Part shown: piece after piece, positions 9,410 to 23,800 of the stretch | Layout of the letters: every line of letters begins with the position of its first letter | Numbering within the stretch: the first letter of the stretch is position 1 | From: Mobula birostris | Taxonomy: Eukaryota | DNA length: 64,000 nt | Direction of reading: 5' to 3' | Assembly (NCBI RefSeq): GCF_030028105.1 | Contig: NC_092379.1 | Location: forward strand, 19,817,309-19,881,308 | Translations under genes and position numbers: made by a program | Notes under the pieces: generated by a model | Told to the model about the DNA's origin: nothing | The model's database searches: none | Seen by the model: the letters and a program-made list of their open reading frames with translations, nothing else

Positions 9410-12400
9410 AAGAGGGGGGAAGAGGGGAGAAATGTGGTAATTAGGGATAGTATAATCAGGGAAATAGACAGTTCCCTGTCGTGAGCGTCCCTTAGGCTGT
9501 GCTGCCCGCCTGATGCCCGAGTTTGGGACATCTTTATCTGACCTACAGAGGAATTTGCAGTGGAGAGAAAAGATCCAGTTGTTGTGGTCCATGTGGGTAC
9601 CAAATACATAGATAGAACGAGGAAAGAGGTTCTGCGGAAGAATTTGAACAGTTTGGGACTAAATTAAAGGACAGAACTAAAAAGGTGGTAATCTCCGGAT
9701 TACTACCTGAGCCATGTGCAAATTGGCATAGGGTCAAGAAGAATGGAGAGTTAATGTGTAGCTCAAGGATTGGTGTGGAAGAAGTAGGTTTGAATTAATG
9801 GGAAATTGACAGCAGAATTGGGAAAGGAGGGAACTGTACCAATGGGATGGGCTCGACCTGAACCATGGTGCGACCTGGATCCCAGCAAGTCACATAATCA
9901 GGGCTGTGGATTGGGCTTTAACCTAAATAGTAGGGAGAGGGTGGGTTCAACAGATTGGAGAAGTATGGATAAAGTAAAAGAAAAAAAGTGTCGATAAAGA
10001 TAAAGTAAAAGCAAAAGATAAAAAAGAGGAAAGTAAGAGTGGAGTGAAGAGAAGTCAGGTGCAAAAGAGAAAAAGATTACAAGATTTTAAAAACACAATG
10101 AGTGTAAGGTCACTTTATTTGAATGCCTGTAGTATTCGAAACAAGGTCGGTGAACTTGTGGCACAAATCACTACAAAAGGGTATGATTTAGTGGCCATTA
10201 CAGAGGTTGCAGGGTGGAGAGGATTGGGAATTAAATATCCAAGTATATCAAGTAATACGGAAAGATAGGCAGGAAGGTAAGGGAAGTGGAATATCCAAGT
10301 ATATCAAGTAATACGGAAAGATAGGCAGGAAGGTAAGGGAAGTGGGATAGCACTCTTAATTAAAGATGAGATCGGGGCATTAGTGAGAGTTGATATAAGA
10401 TCTAAGGAGCTGAATGTTGAACCCATCTGGGAGAGATTAGGAATAGTAAAGGGAAAAAATTACTGGAGTTGTCTATCGGCCAGTGAATAATAACATTACA
10501 GTGGCTTAGGCAATCTTATGTATCTGAGGTACATAAGAATGGAACAGCAGTTGTCATGGGGGACTTTAACTTGCACATCGATTGGGTAAATCAAGGTGGT
10601 CGAGGCAGTCTTGAGGAGGACTTCAGAGAATACATCCATGATTGCTTTCTTGAACAGCATGTTACTGAACCTACAAGGGAACATGCTATCTTAGATACGG
10701 CCCTGTGCAATGAGACAGGTAAAATTAGTGATCTTGTTGTTAAGGATCCTCTTGGAAAAAGTGATCACAGTATGATTGAATTTTTCATACAAATGGAGGG
10801 TTCAGTAGTTCATCTGAAAACAGTGTATTATGCCTGAACAATGGAGACTACAATGGGATGAAAGGAGATTTGGCTAGTGTAGATTGGGAACACAGGCTAT
10901 ATGATGGGATGGTTTAAGAACAGTGGGAGACTTTCCAAGATATTTTTCACTTGCTCAACAGAAGTATATTCCAGTTAAAAGCAAGGACAGTAAGGGTCGG
11001 AAGAGCCAGGCTTGGATACTAAGGAAATAAAAGAAGGTATCAAACTAAAAGCTTGTTTGTACAGTCACCAAGAGTAGTGGGAACATGGAAGATTGGGAAA
11101 ACTTAAAAAAGCAACAAACAACCACTAGGCAAGCAATAAAGAGAGGGAAGCTGGATTATGAAAATAAAATAGCACAAAATATAAAAAAAGGATAGTAAAA
11201 ATGTTTTATAATTATATAAAGTGGAAAGGGGTGGCTAAAGTGAATGTAGATCCCTTGGAGGATGAGAAGGGGGAATTGATATTGGTTAATGAGGAAATGG
11301 CCGAGGCTTTAAATGACTATTCTGTGTTGGTCATCATGGTGGAGGACACGTTTAACCTGCCAAAGAGAGATGTTATGGATGCTATGGGAGGTGAAGACCT
11401 CGATACAATAACTATCACTGAAGAGGTAGTGCTGAGCAAACTTGTGGGCCTGAAGATAGATAAGTCCCCTGGTCCTGATGGAATGCATCCCAGGATACTG
11501 AAAGAAATGGCAGAAGCTACAGTAGAGGCTTTGGTGATAATTTGCCAAAATTCTGTGGACTCTAGGCAGGTCCCGGTGGAATGAAAGATGGCAAAAATCA
11601 CATCACTGTTCAAAAAAGGATGTAGGCAAAAGGCAAGTAACTATAGGCCAGTTAGTTTAACATCTGTAGTTAGGAAAACGCTTGAAGCTATCATTAAAGA
11701 AGAATTGGCAAGGCACCTGGAAAGAAATGGATCCATCAGGCAGATGCAATATGGATTCAGCAAAGACGAGTCCTGTTTAACAAACTTACTGGAGTTCTTT
11801 TACGATATAGCCAGCAATATAGTAATAGAGGGGAGCAGATGGATGTTATTTACTTGGATTTACAGAAGGTGTTCGATAAGGTGCTGCATGAAAGAATAAT
11901 TCATAAGATAGGGATGCATAGAGTGGGGGAGGGAGCGGTGATGTATTAGCATTGATAGAGGATTGGTTAAATAATAGAAAGCAGACAGTTGGGATACATG
12001 GGTGTTATTCTGGTTGGCAATCAGTGGTGAGCGTTGTGATGCAGGGGTCGGTCCACGATATACATTAACGATTTGGAAGAGGGGACCGAGTGTAGAGTAC
12101 CTAAGTTTGCTGGTGGTACTAAATTGAGTGGAATAGCAAATTGTGCAGAAGATACGAAGAGTCTGCAGAGAGATATAGATAGTTTAAATGAATGGGCAAG
12201 GGTCTGGCAGATGGAGTACAATGTTGGTAGATGCGAGGTAATCCACTGTGGAAGAAAACATGGAAGATCAGATTTCTACTTAAATGGTAAAAAATTGCAG
12301 CACGCTGCTGTGCAGAGTGACTTGGGAGAGCTTGTACATGAATCGCAGAAGGTTGGTTTGCAGGTGCAGCAGGCTATTGAGAAGTTAAATGGAATGTTGG

Positions 12401-13040
12401 CCTTCATTGCTGGAGGGATTGAATTTAAGAGCAGGGAGGTTATGCTGTAACTGTACAGGGTACTGGTGAGGCTGCATCTGGAGGACTGTGAGCACTCTGG
12501 TCTCCTTACTTGAGGAAGCATATACTGGCTTTGGAGGTGGTGCAGAGGAGATTCACTAGGTTGATTCCAGAGGTGAGGGGATTAGACTATGAGGAGAGAT
12601 TGAGTCACCTGGGATTTTACTTTCTGGAATTCTAAGAATGAGAGGAGGTCTTAGAGAAACATATAACGTTATGAAAGGGATAGGTAAGAAAGAGACAGGA
12701 AAGTTGTTTCGACTGGTAGGTGAGACTAGAACTAGGGGACATAACCTCAGGATATGGGGGAAGTAGATTTAGGATGGAGATGAGGAGCAACTGCTTTTCC
12801 CAGACAGTAGTGAATCTGTGGAATTCTCTGCCCAATGAAGCAGTGGAGGCTACCTCAGTAAATATATTTAAGACAAAGTTGGATAGATTTTTGCATAGTA
12901 GGGGAATTAAGGGTTATGAGGAAAAAGCACGTAGGTGGAGATGAGTTCATGGTCAGATCAGCCATGATCTTATTGAATGGTGGAGTATGCTCAATGGGCC
13001 AGATGGCCTATTCCTGCTCCTTATGTTTTTATGTTCTTAC
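9410..13040 (+). mobile_element. CR1 LINE, 5'-truncated and decayed (ORF1 esterase end, APE, RT, 3' UTR)
   Basis: ORF1 SGNH-like VVIRDSII; APE motifs LYLNACSIRNK, MGDFNLH and GKSDH; RT motifs KSPGPDGMHPRILKE, NYRPVSLTS and KFAGGTKL; typical 3' end gatggcctattcctgctccttatg. Confidence 0.9.
10234..10345 (+). repeat. 56-bp direct tandem duplication inside the CR1 endonuclease region
   Basis: aatatccaagtatatcaagtaatacggaaagataggcaggaaggtaagggaagtgg occurs twice with period 56. Confidence 0.9.
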
Positions 13041-13140
13041 GTCAGTGGACAAATATCCCACCGAGAGGCAGGGACTGAGATACACCAGTCAGTGGTCAGA
13101 TATCCCCCAGAGAGACAGGGACTGAGAGACACCAGTCAGT
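13041..13140 (+). repeat. ~43-45-bp minisatellite (GAGAGACAGGGACTGAGAGACACCAGTCAGTGGACAGATATCCCC), left part
   Basis: About two copies, cut off by the CR1 tail at 13141. The array resumes at 17481. Confidence 0.85.
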
Positions 13141-16100
13141 CCATAAACCATAAGACCATAAGATATAGGAGCAGAACTGGGCCATTTGGTCCATCAAGTC
13201 TGTTCCAACATTTCATCACGGCTGATCCAATTTTCCTCTCAGCCCCAATCATCTGCTCCTCCCCTTATCCCTTCATTCCCCGACCAGTCAAGAAACTATC
13301 AACCTCTACCTTAAATATACAAAAAGAATTGGCTTTCACAGCTGCCTATGACAAAGAATTCCCCAGAATCTTCATTTTCTGGCTCAAGAAATTCCCCTCC
13401 ATCTCCATTCTAAAAGGACAGCTCTCTATATCCTCTCTACATCCACTCTATCAAGGCCTTTCACCATTTGATTGGGATCGATGAGGTCACATCTCATTCT
13501 TCTGAATTCTAGTGAATATAGGCCTAGATCCATCAAATGTTCTTCATATGACAAGCCAGTCAATCCTGGAATCATTTTCATGAACCTCCTTTGAACTCTC
13601 TCCAGTTTCAGCACATCTTTTCTAAGAAAAGGGACACAAAACTGCTCACAATACTCCAAATGATGCCCCACGAGTGCTTTATAGAGTTTCAATGTTACAT
13701 CCTTGATTTTAGATTCCAGTCCTCTTGAAATGAATGCTAACATTGTATTTGCCTTCTTTGCCACAGACTCAACCTGCAAACTAACCTTTAGGGAATCGTG
13801 CACAAGAACACCCCAATTCCCTTGCATTTCAGTTTTTTGTATTTCCTCTCTATTTAGAAAATTGTCAACCCTTTCATTTCTTCTAGCAAAGTGCATGACC
13901 ATACACTTCCCCACTTTGTATTCTATCTGCCATTTCTTTGCCCATTCTCCTAATCTAAATCCTTCTGTAACCTCTCTACTTCCTCAAAATTGCCTGTCAC
14001 TCCACCTATCTTCACATTGTCCACAAACATTGCAGCAAAACTATCAATTCCATTATCCAAATCATTGACATATTATCGGTCCCAACACAGACCCCTGTGA
14101 AACACTGCTAGTCACCAGCAGCCAACCAGAAAAGGTTTCCTTTATTCCCACTCTGTGCCTCCTGCCAATTAGTCATTGCTTTAGCCATGCTAGAATCTTT
14201 CCTCTAATAACATGGGCTGACAACTTGTTAAGCAGCTTCATGTGTGACACCTCGTCGAAGACCTTCTGAAAGTCGAAGTACACAACATCAACAGATTCTC
14301 CTTTTCCTATCCTGCTTGTTATTTCTTCAAAGAATTCCAAAAGATTTGTCAGGCAAGATTTTCCCTTGAGGAAACTATGCTGACTATGTCTTATTTTATC
14401 ATGTGCTTCCAAAGACCTCATCCTTAATAATCGACTCCAACATCTTCCCAACCACTGAGATCAGACTAACTGGCATGTAGTTTCATTTCTTCTGCCTCTC
14501 TCCCTTCTTGAAGAGTGGAATGACATTCACAATTTTCCATTCTTCCAGATCCAGTCCAGAATCTAGTGATTCTTGAAAGATCATTACTAATGTCTCCGCA
14601 ATCTTTTCAGCCACCTCATTCAGAAAGCCTGCTTGTGTACATCATCCAGTCCAGGTGACTTATCTACCTTCAGACCTTTCAGTTTCCCAAAAACCTTCTC
14701 TCTAATTGTGGTAACTTTACACACTTCATGACCCCTGACACCTAGAACTTCCACCATACTGCTAGAATCTTCCACAGTGAAGACTGATGCAAAATACTTA
14801 TTCAGTTCATCTGCCATTTCCTTGGCCCCAATTACTACCTCATCGTTTTCCAGTGGTCCAATATCCACTCTCGCCTTCTTTTACACTTTATGTATCTGAA
14901 GAAATTTTGATATCCTCTTTAAAAATGTTGGTTGGCTTACTTTTGTATTCCATCTTTACCTCCTTAATGACTTTTTTAGTTTCCTTCTGTTGCTTTTTAA
15001 AAGCTTCCAAATCCTTTAACTTCCCACTAATTTTTGCTCTATTATATGCCCTCTCATTGGATTTTATGTTGGCTTTGACTTCTCTTGTTAGCCATGGTCA
15101 TGTCATCTTTCCTTTGGCAGACTTCTTCCTCTTTGGGATGAATATCTCCTGTGCCTTTCGAATTGCTTCCAGAAATCCCAGCCATCGCTGCTCTGCCGTC
15201 ATCCCTGCCAATGTTCTTTTCCAATCAGTTCTGCCCAGCTCCCCTCTCATGCCTCTTTAATTCCCTTTGCTCCACTGTAATACTGATACATCAGACCTTA
15301 GCTTCTCCTTCTCAAATTTCATGTTGAATTTGATCATATTACGATCACTAAACAATTCTGGTTTATTGCATAAAACCCAATCCAAAATATCCGATCCCTT
15401 CATGGGCTCAACTACGAGCTGCTTTAAAAAGCCATCTCATAGGCACTCTTGAAATCCCTTCTCCTGGAATCCAGCACCAACTTGATTTTCCCAGTCCACC
15501 TACATATTGATATGCCCCATGACTATTGTAACATTGCTCTTCTGGCATGCATTTTTTATCTCCCTTTGTAATTTGTAGGCGACATCCTTACTGCTGTTTG
15601 GGGGCCTGTACACAACTCCCATCAAGGTCTTTTTATCCTTACAGTTCCTTAGTTCTATCCACAACGATTCAACACCTTCCAACCCTTCATCATCTCTCGC
15701 TAATGATTTGATTTCATTTTTTACCAACAGAGCAAAGTCCCTCCATCTGCCTTCCTGTCTGTCCTTACGATACAATGTGTATCCTTGGATATTACGTGTC
15801 CAGCTAGAATCCTCTTTCAGCCACGATTCAATGACGTCTATAACATTATTCCTACCAATCTGCAAATGTGCTGCAAGTTCATCTACCTTATTCCATAAAC
15901 TGCACATATTCGAATATAACACCTTCAGTCCTGTATTCACCCTTTTTGATTTTGTCTGCATTTATGTTGCAACTCATCCTTTTGACTGAAAGTTTGCCCT
16001 ATCAAGAGCCTCTCCTCACTACACATTGTCTCTGTTTGTAAACCAACTACCTCATCTGCAGCACTATTATCCACCTTTTGTATGATACTTCTTGCATTTA

Positions 16101-17480
16101 AATATAGGCAGCCCAGGACACTAGTTGCACCATGCTCAACCTTTTGATTCCTAACTACGTCTGAGGTCTTACCAACATCTGCCTTCACAACCTTTCCATT
16201 AACTGTTTTGGCACTCTGGTTCCCATCATCTGCAGCTCGGGTTGAAACCCCACACTGCAGCATTAACAGACCTTCACACTAGGATATTAGTCCCCCTCCA
16301 GTTCAGGTGCAAACCATCCCTTCTATTCAGGTCCCACCTTCCCTGGAAGAGTGCCGAATGATCCAAAACTCCTACCTCTCTCCTACACCAACTCCTTAAT
16401 CTTCCTAGCTCTGGCCTCACTTGCATGTGGCATGGGTAGCAATCCTGAGATCACAACCCTGAAGGTCCTGCTATTTAACTTAGCACCTAACTCCCTGAAC
16501 TCCCTATGCAGAACTTTGCCATTTGTCCTACCCATGTCATTGGACCACGACTTCTGGCTGTTCACCCTCTCACTTAAGAATGCTGAGGACTCGGTCCAAG
16601 ATATCTCAGACCCTGGCACCCAGGAGGCAACATACCATCCCTCGAATCTCGTTCTCGCTCACAGAACCTACTCTCCATTCCCCTGGCTAATGAATCCCCT
16701 ATCACCACAGCGTGCCTCTTCTGCCCCCTTCGCTTCTCAGTCACAGAGACAGGCACAATACCAGAGAACTGATCACCATAATTTTCCTCTGTTAAGTCTC
16801 CCCCCCCACCCCCACCCAACAGGATCTAAAGTGATATACCTGTTGATGAGGAGAATGGCCACTGGGGTACTCCATACTGGTTCCTTAGCTCCTTTCCCCT
16901 TCCTGACTGTCACCCAGTTTCCTATGTCATGCACCTTGACTGTAACTACCTCTCTGTATGTCTTATCTTTCAGCTCCTCAGCCTCCTGAAGGATTCAGAG
17001 TTCATCCAGTTCCAGCTCAAACTCTTTAACGTGAATTGTTAGAAGCTGCAGCTGGATTGACTTTTCACAATTGTAGTCATCAGGAACATCCCTGCCTTTC
17101 CACATCCCACATGAGGAGCATTCAGCTTCAGCCTGGCTTCTCTACTGTCCTAGCTGAACAGATGTAAAGAAGGGAAGGAAAAAAACCTATATTTTTTCTT
17201 TTCTTTGCCTTCTTTGTCTGAAGCCTCCCTTCGTAGAAGCCTCAAAGAGTTAAAGCCTCCAGATCACCACTTTGACTCTGTCCACTCCAATGATGGCCAT
17301 TGATCTTCCACCTGCCTTCCTTTAATTTGGTTTCGCTAATCAAACCCAAATGCTGACTGGTCACTGGTCAAAGCTCTTTTCCACTGTAGTAACCTGCTGC
17401 TGCTTTTTTACCCAGGCAGTGGACCTGATTGAAGTTCCCTCCTCTCAAAAGTTTCAATGTCCCGATTGGCCGATGGTCAA
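13141..17480 (-). mobile_element. Near full-length decayed CR1 LINE inserted into the minisatellite
   Basis: 3' tandem tail (ccataa/ataagacc)n at 13141; RT C-terminus HLEYCEQF...LERVQRRF; APE LYSNMCSLWNK and GVVYRPPNS; ORF1 HAVVIGDSLARG; 5' UTR to ~17480. Internal deletion in the RT near 14620. Confidence 0.88.
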
Positions 17481-17880
17481 AGTTGTCAGATATCCTGAGA
17501 CACAGGGGCAGAGGGACACCAGTGAGTGGACAGATATCACCCTGTGAAACAGGGACTGAGAGACAGCAGTCAGTGGACAGATATCCACCCCGAGAGACAG
17601 GGACTGAGAGATACCAGTCAGTGGACAGATCCCCCTGAGAGACAGGGACTGAGAGGCACCAGTCATTGGACAGATATTATCCTGAGAGACAGGGACAGAG
17701 AGACACCAGACAGTGGACAGATATACCCCATAGATACAGCGATGGCAAGATACTGGTCAGTGGAAAGACATCTCATGAGACACAGGGACTGAGAGATACC
17801 ACTCAATCGATAGATGTCCCATAGAGTCACTGTGGCAGAGAGACACCAGTCAATGGACGGATATTCTCCTGAGAGACACG
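17481..17880 (+). repeat. Same minisatellite, right part (~8-9 degenerate copies)
   Basis: Repeated gagacagggactgagagacaccagtcagtggacagatatc units. About two inverted copies follow at ~18020-18105. Confidence 0.85.
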
Positions 17881-18109
17881 GGTCTTTGCAGGAAAATGTA
17901 TTAAGCAACAGAAGGAGTGACCACACAATCTTCTGACTGCACCCATACCACAAGAATCAATGTTAAACAGGGATCCCTGGTGGAAATGTACACCAATAAG
18001 TACATTTCAGCACCAAGTCCTGGTGTCTCTTAGTCCCTGTCTAGAAGGGGGACATCCGTCCACACACTGGTGTTTCTGAGTCCCTGCCTCTAAGGGGGAT
18101 ATCTGTTAG

Positions 18110-19290
18110 TAGACAAGATTACCAAAGTGCGGAAACAGATTGCCTTAGTGTTAAGGAGAGCAGTGAGGCTTGTCCAGGATACAGAGCTGGAGAGAAGATC
18201 ACAGAATGGATACAGCAGGAAACATGGACATTCTTCGAAGAAAGACTGAAAATTAAGAAGGAAGTGTTAGATGCAAAGTCAACACAAATTAAGGTGAAAT
18301 TTCAACTAGCATACACTGAAAATAATAAGAAAGTGAAGAGACTTGTGAGAAAGGATAAGAGAGTCAACATGGAAGACCTTGCAGTGCAGGTGGAAGTAGC
18401 AGCCAATCAAGGTTACCACAGAAATATATAGAATATTTCAATATTGGTATGTAGAAAGTTCCAGACCAGACCCAGTGGTCCCATATCAGATAAGAGAATA
18501 ATCTTTTGACAACTGAGAAAGAGCATGAAGCACAATGGATAGAATATTTCAGAGAATTACTGAATGGACCACCACCAGAGGAAAAACCTGACAATAATCT
18601 GGGAATGGAGACAAGTATCTAAGGACTGATAAATGGATTTATTGTTAGGATCTCCAAGAAAGGAGCACTAAGTGACTGAAACAACTGACATAGCCTCACA
18701 CATTTTTCAGGGCCCAGCAAGTTTCTCGTGAAAGTTATTGTTCAATAGATTACAAATGCTTGAGGAAGCAGCAAGTTGGCTTCAGGGAGAACAGGGGTTG
18801 TGTCAACTAGAACTTTACGCTGCATAACAACGTGGAGGAGTGCACAGAGCAGCAGAGACAATTGTATGTAAATTTCATGGACTTTGAAAAGGCTTTTGAT
18901 CGCATCCACAGGGAGAACATCTGGCAAATTCTCAGATCATAAAGGATTCCTTCCAAAATTATCCAGCTTATCCATAGTTTTCGTGTTAATTTTACCTGCA
19001 CTGTTGGGGACTGCAATTTGAGCTTTGAAGTCAAGACAGCAGTCAGGCAAGGCTCTGTGATGTTGGCGCTATTATTTAACCTGGTGATGGCTGGGTTATG
19101 AGGCAAATAATGAAAGATAATCAGAGAGGCATTAGGTCGACTCTATTCTCTACTTTAGGTGACCTTGACTTTGCAGATGACCTTCCATTACTATCACATA
19201 CACACCAGCACAAGCAAGAGAAAACTCAGCACCTGTGGTCCCTTTGTGGACAAGTTGAACTCAGAGTCAGTCAGAGAAAGACTCAATATT
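18110..19290 (+). mobile_element. RTE-clade LINE fragment (RT)
   Basis: Decayed frames read NFMDFEKAFDRIHRENIWQIL, RQGSVMLALLFNL and DLDFADDL. Confidence 0.7.
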
Positions 19291-19339
19291 ACTCTCAATA
19301 TAGTCTCCTCCTCCTGTCAAGGAAATTTTCCCTTTGGTC

Positions 19340-20640
19340 ATCTCTTCGACCACTGTGACTGAGTTCATGAAAAGAAAACCGATTGCAGGAAAGATCTTGT
19401 CTCCCAAACACGACTGAGTGTTTTGAGGTGGTAGTCAAGATGATTAATAAGGGTAGGGGAGAGCATGTTGTCCACGTGACAAGTTCCCTCATGATAGCTG
19501 ATCCAGAATGTCCCGGATTCACAGTGACTTGTTAGGCTTGGTTGTAGAAGATAGAGGGTAATGGTGGAGGGGTTTTATTTGTATTGGAGATCTGTCACCA
19601 GAACTCAGCAAAGGTCAGTGCTGGGTCCCCTCCTGTTTGTAATATGTGTTCATGAGATGGTCAAAAATGTCAGTGGTCTGATTACTAAGTTTGCAGAGGG
19701 TAGAAAGGTTGGTGGTATCATGAGGCATGTTGCAAAAACACAGCAAGACAGACATCAGGTGGAAATTTGGACAGAGAAATAGCAGATGGAATTTATCCTG
19801 GGCAAATGTAAGATTGCACATTTTGGGAGATCAGCTGCAAGAGGAAGGTATATGATAAATGTCAGATCCCACTTTGAGCATTGATAAACCGCAGGATCCT
19901 GGGGTGCAAGTTTATTGCTCATGGAGAGTGGCAAATCAAGTCGATGGAATGGTGGTGAAGGCAAACAGCAGTCGGGACAATGAGTATAAAAGTTGGGAGT
20001 AACGTTGCAGTAGTATAAAGCTTTGATTCAGCCACATTTGGAGCAGGTAAAGTTTGAGTCATTGCATTACAGGAATGATGTGGATACTTTGGAGAGGCTG
20101 AAGAACAGATTCAGTCAAGTGTTGTTTGGATTAGAGCGTATTAGCTGTAAAGAGAGGTTGGATAAACTTGGACTGTTTTTGCTGGAGCATTGGAGACTGT
20201 GGGATGGACTGACAGAAATATATAAATTTTAGAGGAGCATAGATGGTCACAGACTTTTTATCTAGAGAAGAAATATCAAATGTCAGAGGACAGAGGTTTC
20301 TGGTGAGAGGAGAGTAGTATCAATGAGACTTATGAGGCAAAATTGTGGTCGATACCTGGAATGTGTTGTCAGAGGAATTGAGAGCAGGATTGAAACAAGA
20401 TTGAAAAATAATTTTGGTTGACAATGAATTGGTAAGCTGAATTCAAAAGAAGGCTTTGTCGCAGATAATGGTGGAGGGATTGTATTCTCTTGGAAGGTCT
20501 GTGAACAGGCAGGGAATATGGGGATAGGACCCTGTGCAGAGCAATGATATTGGTTTAAACTAAGATCATGGCTGGTGCAAATATAGTAGGCCAGGTGCTC
20601 GTGCCTGTGCTGTATTGTTGTATGTTCTATGTAAGGTCAA
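19340..20640 (+). mobile_element. CR1 LINE 3' fragment, highly decayed
   Basis: RT motifs [22 protein letters not shown] and LERLKNRFSQV, plus the CR1 3' UTR. Confidence 0.7.
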
Positions 20641-20829
20641 GCAGCCAACATGGAAGAATAGATTACAGAATAATGGAGAGTTCACATGGGATATGGAAGG
20701 AAATTAAATGGCTGGGTTGAAACTGGTAAAGTGTAGGAAGCACATGGGTCATAGAAGGAGATTTTCCAGGGCCTTGCTGTGGAGGCAGTAATAAATATGA
20801 ACCTGGAAAATGTGGGCCATTCTCCATAA

Positions 20830-23800
20830 CTCAGGAGCCAACTCTCAGCAGAGCCAGTCAATGGTGAAATACCCCATAGTCTTCATATCCCAGAGCAGCA
20901 ATAGATTGATAAATGAAAAGTCTCTCCACCCCACATTGATGACCACTTCTCCCGTCTTCAACTGTCCTCCTCTTCCTGGACACCCTGCACTGGTCTTCTG
21001 CCTGCTCTGGACCTTTTCATTGCCATTGCCAATGGGACATTAGCCATCTAGACTTCAACATTCCTCTTTCCAATTCCAACCTCACTCCTTCTGAATACTT
21101 GGCTCTCCACTCCCTCCACACCAATCCTAACCTCACCATCAAACTTGCAAATAAGGGAGGTGCTGTAGTAGTCTGGTGTACTGGCTTCTTCCTTGCTGAG
21201 GCCCAATGCCAACTCTCAGACATCTCCTCTCACTTTCCCCTCGAACAGCACCCCACTAAGAAACACCAGGCCATTGTCTCCCACACCATCATCAACCTTA
21301 TTGACTCTGGGAATCTCCCATCCACTGCCACCAACCTCATAGTTCCTGCACCCCGCACCTCCCATTTCTACTTCCTACCCAAGTTCCACAAACCCACTTG
21401 TACAGGTAGACCCAATGTTTCTGCTTGTTCCTGCCCCACTGAACTCATATTGACATATCTCGACTCTGTTCTATCTCCCCTATTTCAGTCTATTCCTACC
21501 TACATCCATGACACTTCACACACTCTGGATCTTCTTGGTTGCAAGGGAGTGATGGAAGAGGATCCAATTGCAAGACACAGACACTGAAATACTAGGAACT
21601 GGACTATGTTCATTAGGAATGCTAGGGAAACCAAGGAGCGAGGACAAAATGATAACACGAAGGTAGACAAAGAGTGACAAACCTAAAAACCTGGACCTGG
21701 ATTTGGGACTCGAAGTTGCCAACTTGCCAGGAAACTCAGGTCATGACTTGGGACTCGGGTCTTGGCATGGACTCGATACCTGGGTCTAGACTTGGCTCTT
21801 GACTGGAACTAGGACTTGGCTTGTTCTGAACTCGGACTTGGCTTGGACTTGACTCTCGACTTGGCTTGGACTTGACTCTCGACTCGGACTTGGAACTTGA
21901 CTCTCAACTTGGACTTGGAACTTGACTCTCGACTTGGACTTGGAACTTGACTCTTGACTTGGACTTGGAACTTGACTCCTGACTTGGTCTAGGCTCAGGC
22001 CTGACTTAGACACAGGATACAGAACACTGAGCCGGGGCTCCTCCTTGGACACAGGACATAGGGCCGGGTCTTTTCTTAGACACAGGGCACAAAACACTGA
22101 GACCGTTGACCTTCAGGGTAGCGGCAAATGGCCGGAGATACCCAGTGGAGCCGAGGACACAAAGAGACAGTTCCCAACTCAAGGTAGCGGCAAACGGCCA
22201 GACCTACCCAGCGGAGATGAGGACACGAAGAGACAAAACCACACAACAATACACAGTTCTTTTATCTTGGCATGAAGTGGCTCCAAGTAGCGGCAAGCTC
22301 TCAACTAAGCTCCGGAACTGCAGACAGCAGTTCTTGACTCACTCCGGTCGGTTAACTTGATGGACTCGTTCCAGTGAGGATTCTGACGAGGTTACTGGTG
22401 AGGGCGGTCCAGCAAGGAATCACTGGACCCCAGAGCTATTTATGTTGCCAGCATGAAATGAGAATCAGGTGCCTCAATTAAGGCATCAAACGGAACAAGG
22501 GAAAAACAGAATAACTGGAGTACGGAATCCATGGACCAGACCGTGACACTGTTTTAATGATTTCAAGTTCCCTGGCCCCCATCATCTTATCACCAGGAAG
22601 GCCTCAAAGCTCTCTGTATCTTTCTGGACACCAATCCCTCCCCCACCACCACTCTTCTCCGCCTAGAGGAACTTGTTCTCACTCTAAATAATTTCTCCTT
22701 CAGCTCCTTCCACTTCCTTCAAACAAAAGGGGTAGCCATGGGCATACACATGGGTCCCAGCTATGCCTGCCTTTTTGTCGGCTAAGTGGAACAGTCTATG
22801 TTCCAGGCCTACACTCGTGACCAAACAGCACTTTTCCTATGCTACATCAATGACTGCATTGGTGCTGCTTCCTGCACCCAAGCTGAACTTGACAACTTCA
22901 TCCACCTTGCCTCCAACTTCCTCCCTGCCCTCAAATTTACCTGCTTCATTTCCAACACCTCCTTCCCCTTTCTTGATCTCTGTCTCTATCTCCAGAGGGA
23001 GCTTATCCACTGATGTCTATTATAACCCCATGGACTTCTCCGCCACATCAGCCCTCAGGATGAGGCTTTTCATTCCAGAATGAAGGAGATGTCCTCCTTT
23101 TTCAAAGAAAGAGGCTTCTCTTCCTCCACTATCAATGCTGCCCTCAACCGCATCTCTTCCATTTAACGCACATCTGTTCTTAACCCATCCTCCTGCCACC
23201 CCACTAGGCATAGGATTCGTCTTGCCCTTACCTACCACCCCACCAGCCTCCATGTCCAGCACATAATTCTCTGAAACTTCTGCCACCTCCAATGCAATCC
23301 CAGCATCAAGCACATCTTTCCCTCCCTCCAACATTCTGATTTCCATAGGGATCACCCTATGCAACTCTCTTATCCATTCATCCCTCCCCACTGATCTCCC
23401 TCCTGGCACTTACCCTTGGAAGCAGAACAAATGCCACATCTGCCCATAGACCTCGTCTGTCAGTACCATTCAGGACCCTAAACAGTCCTTCCTGGTGAGG
23501 AGACACTTCACCTGTGGGTCTGTTAGGGTCATATACTGTGTTTGGTGCTCCCGGTTTGGTCTCCTGTACACCAGTAAGACTCTACGTAGATTGGGAGAGC
23601 ACTTGGCTGAGCACCTATGCTTCATCCAGCAGAAAAAGTGGGATCTCCCAGTGGCCACCCATTTTAATACCACTTCCCATTCCCATCTGTCCATCCATGG
23701 CATCCTCCACCATCATGATGAGGCCACACTTAGGCTGGAGGAACAACACCTTATATTCTGTTTGGGTAGCCTCCATCCTGATGGCATGAACATCAATTTC

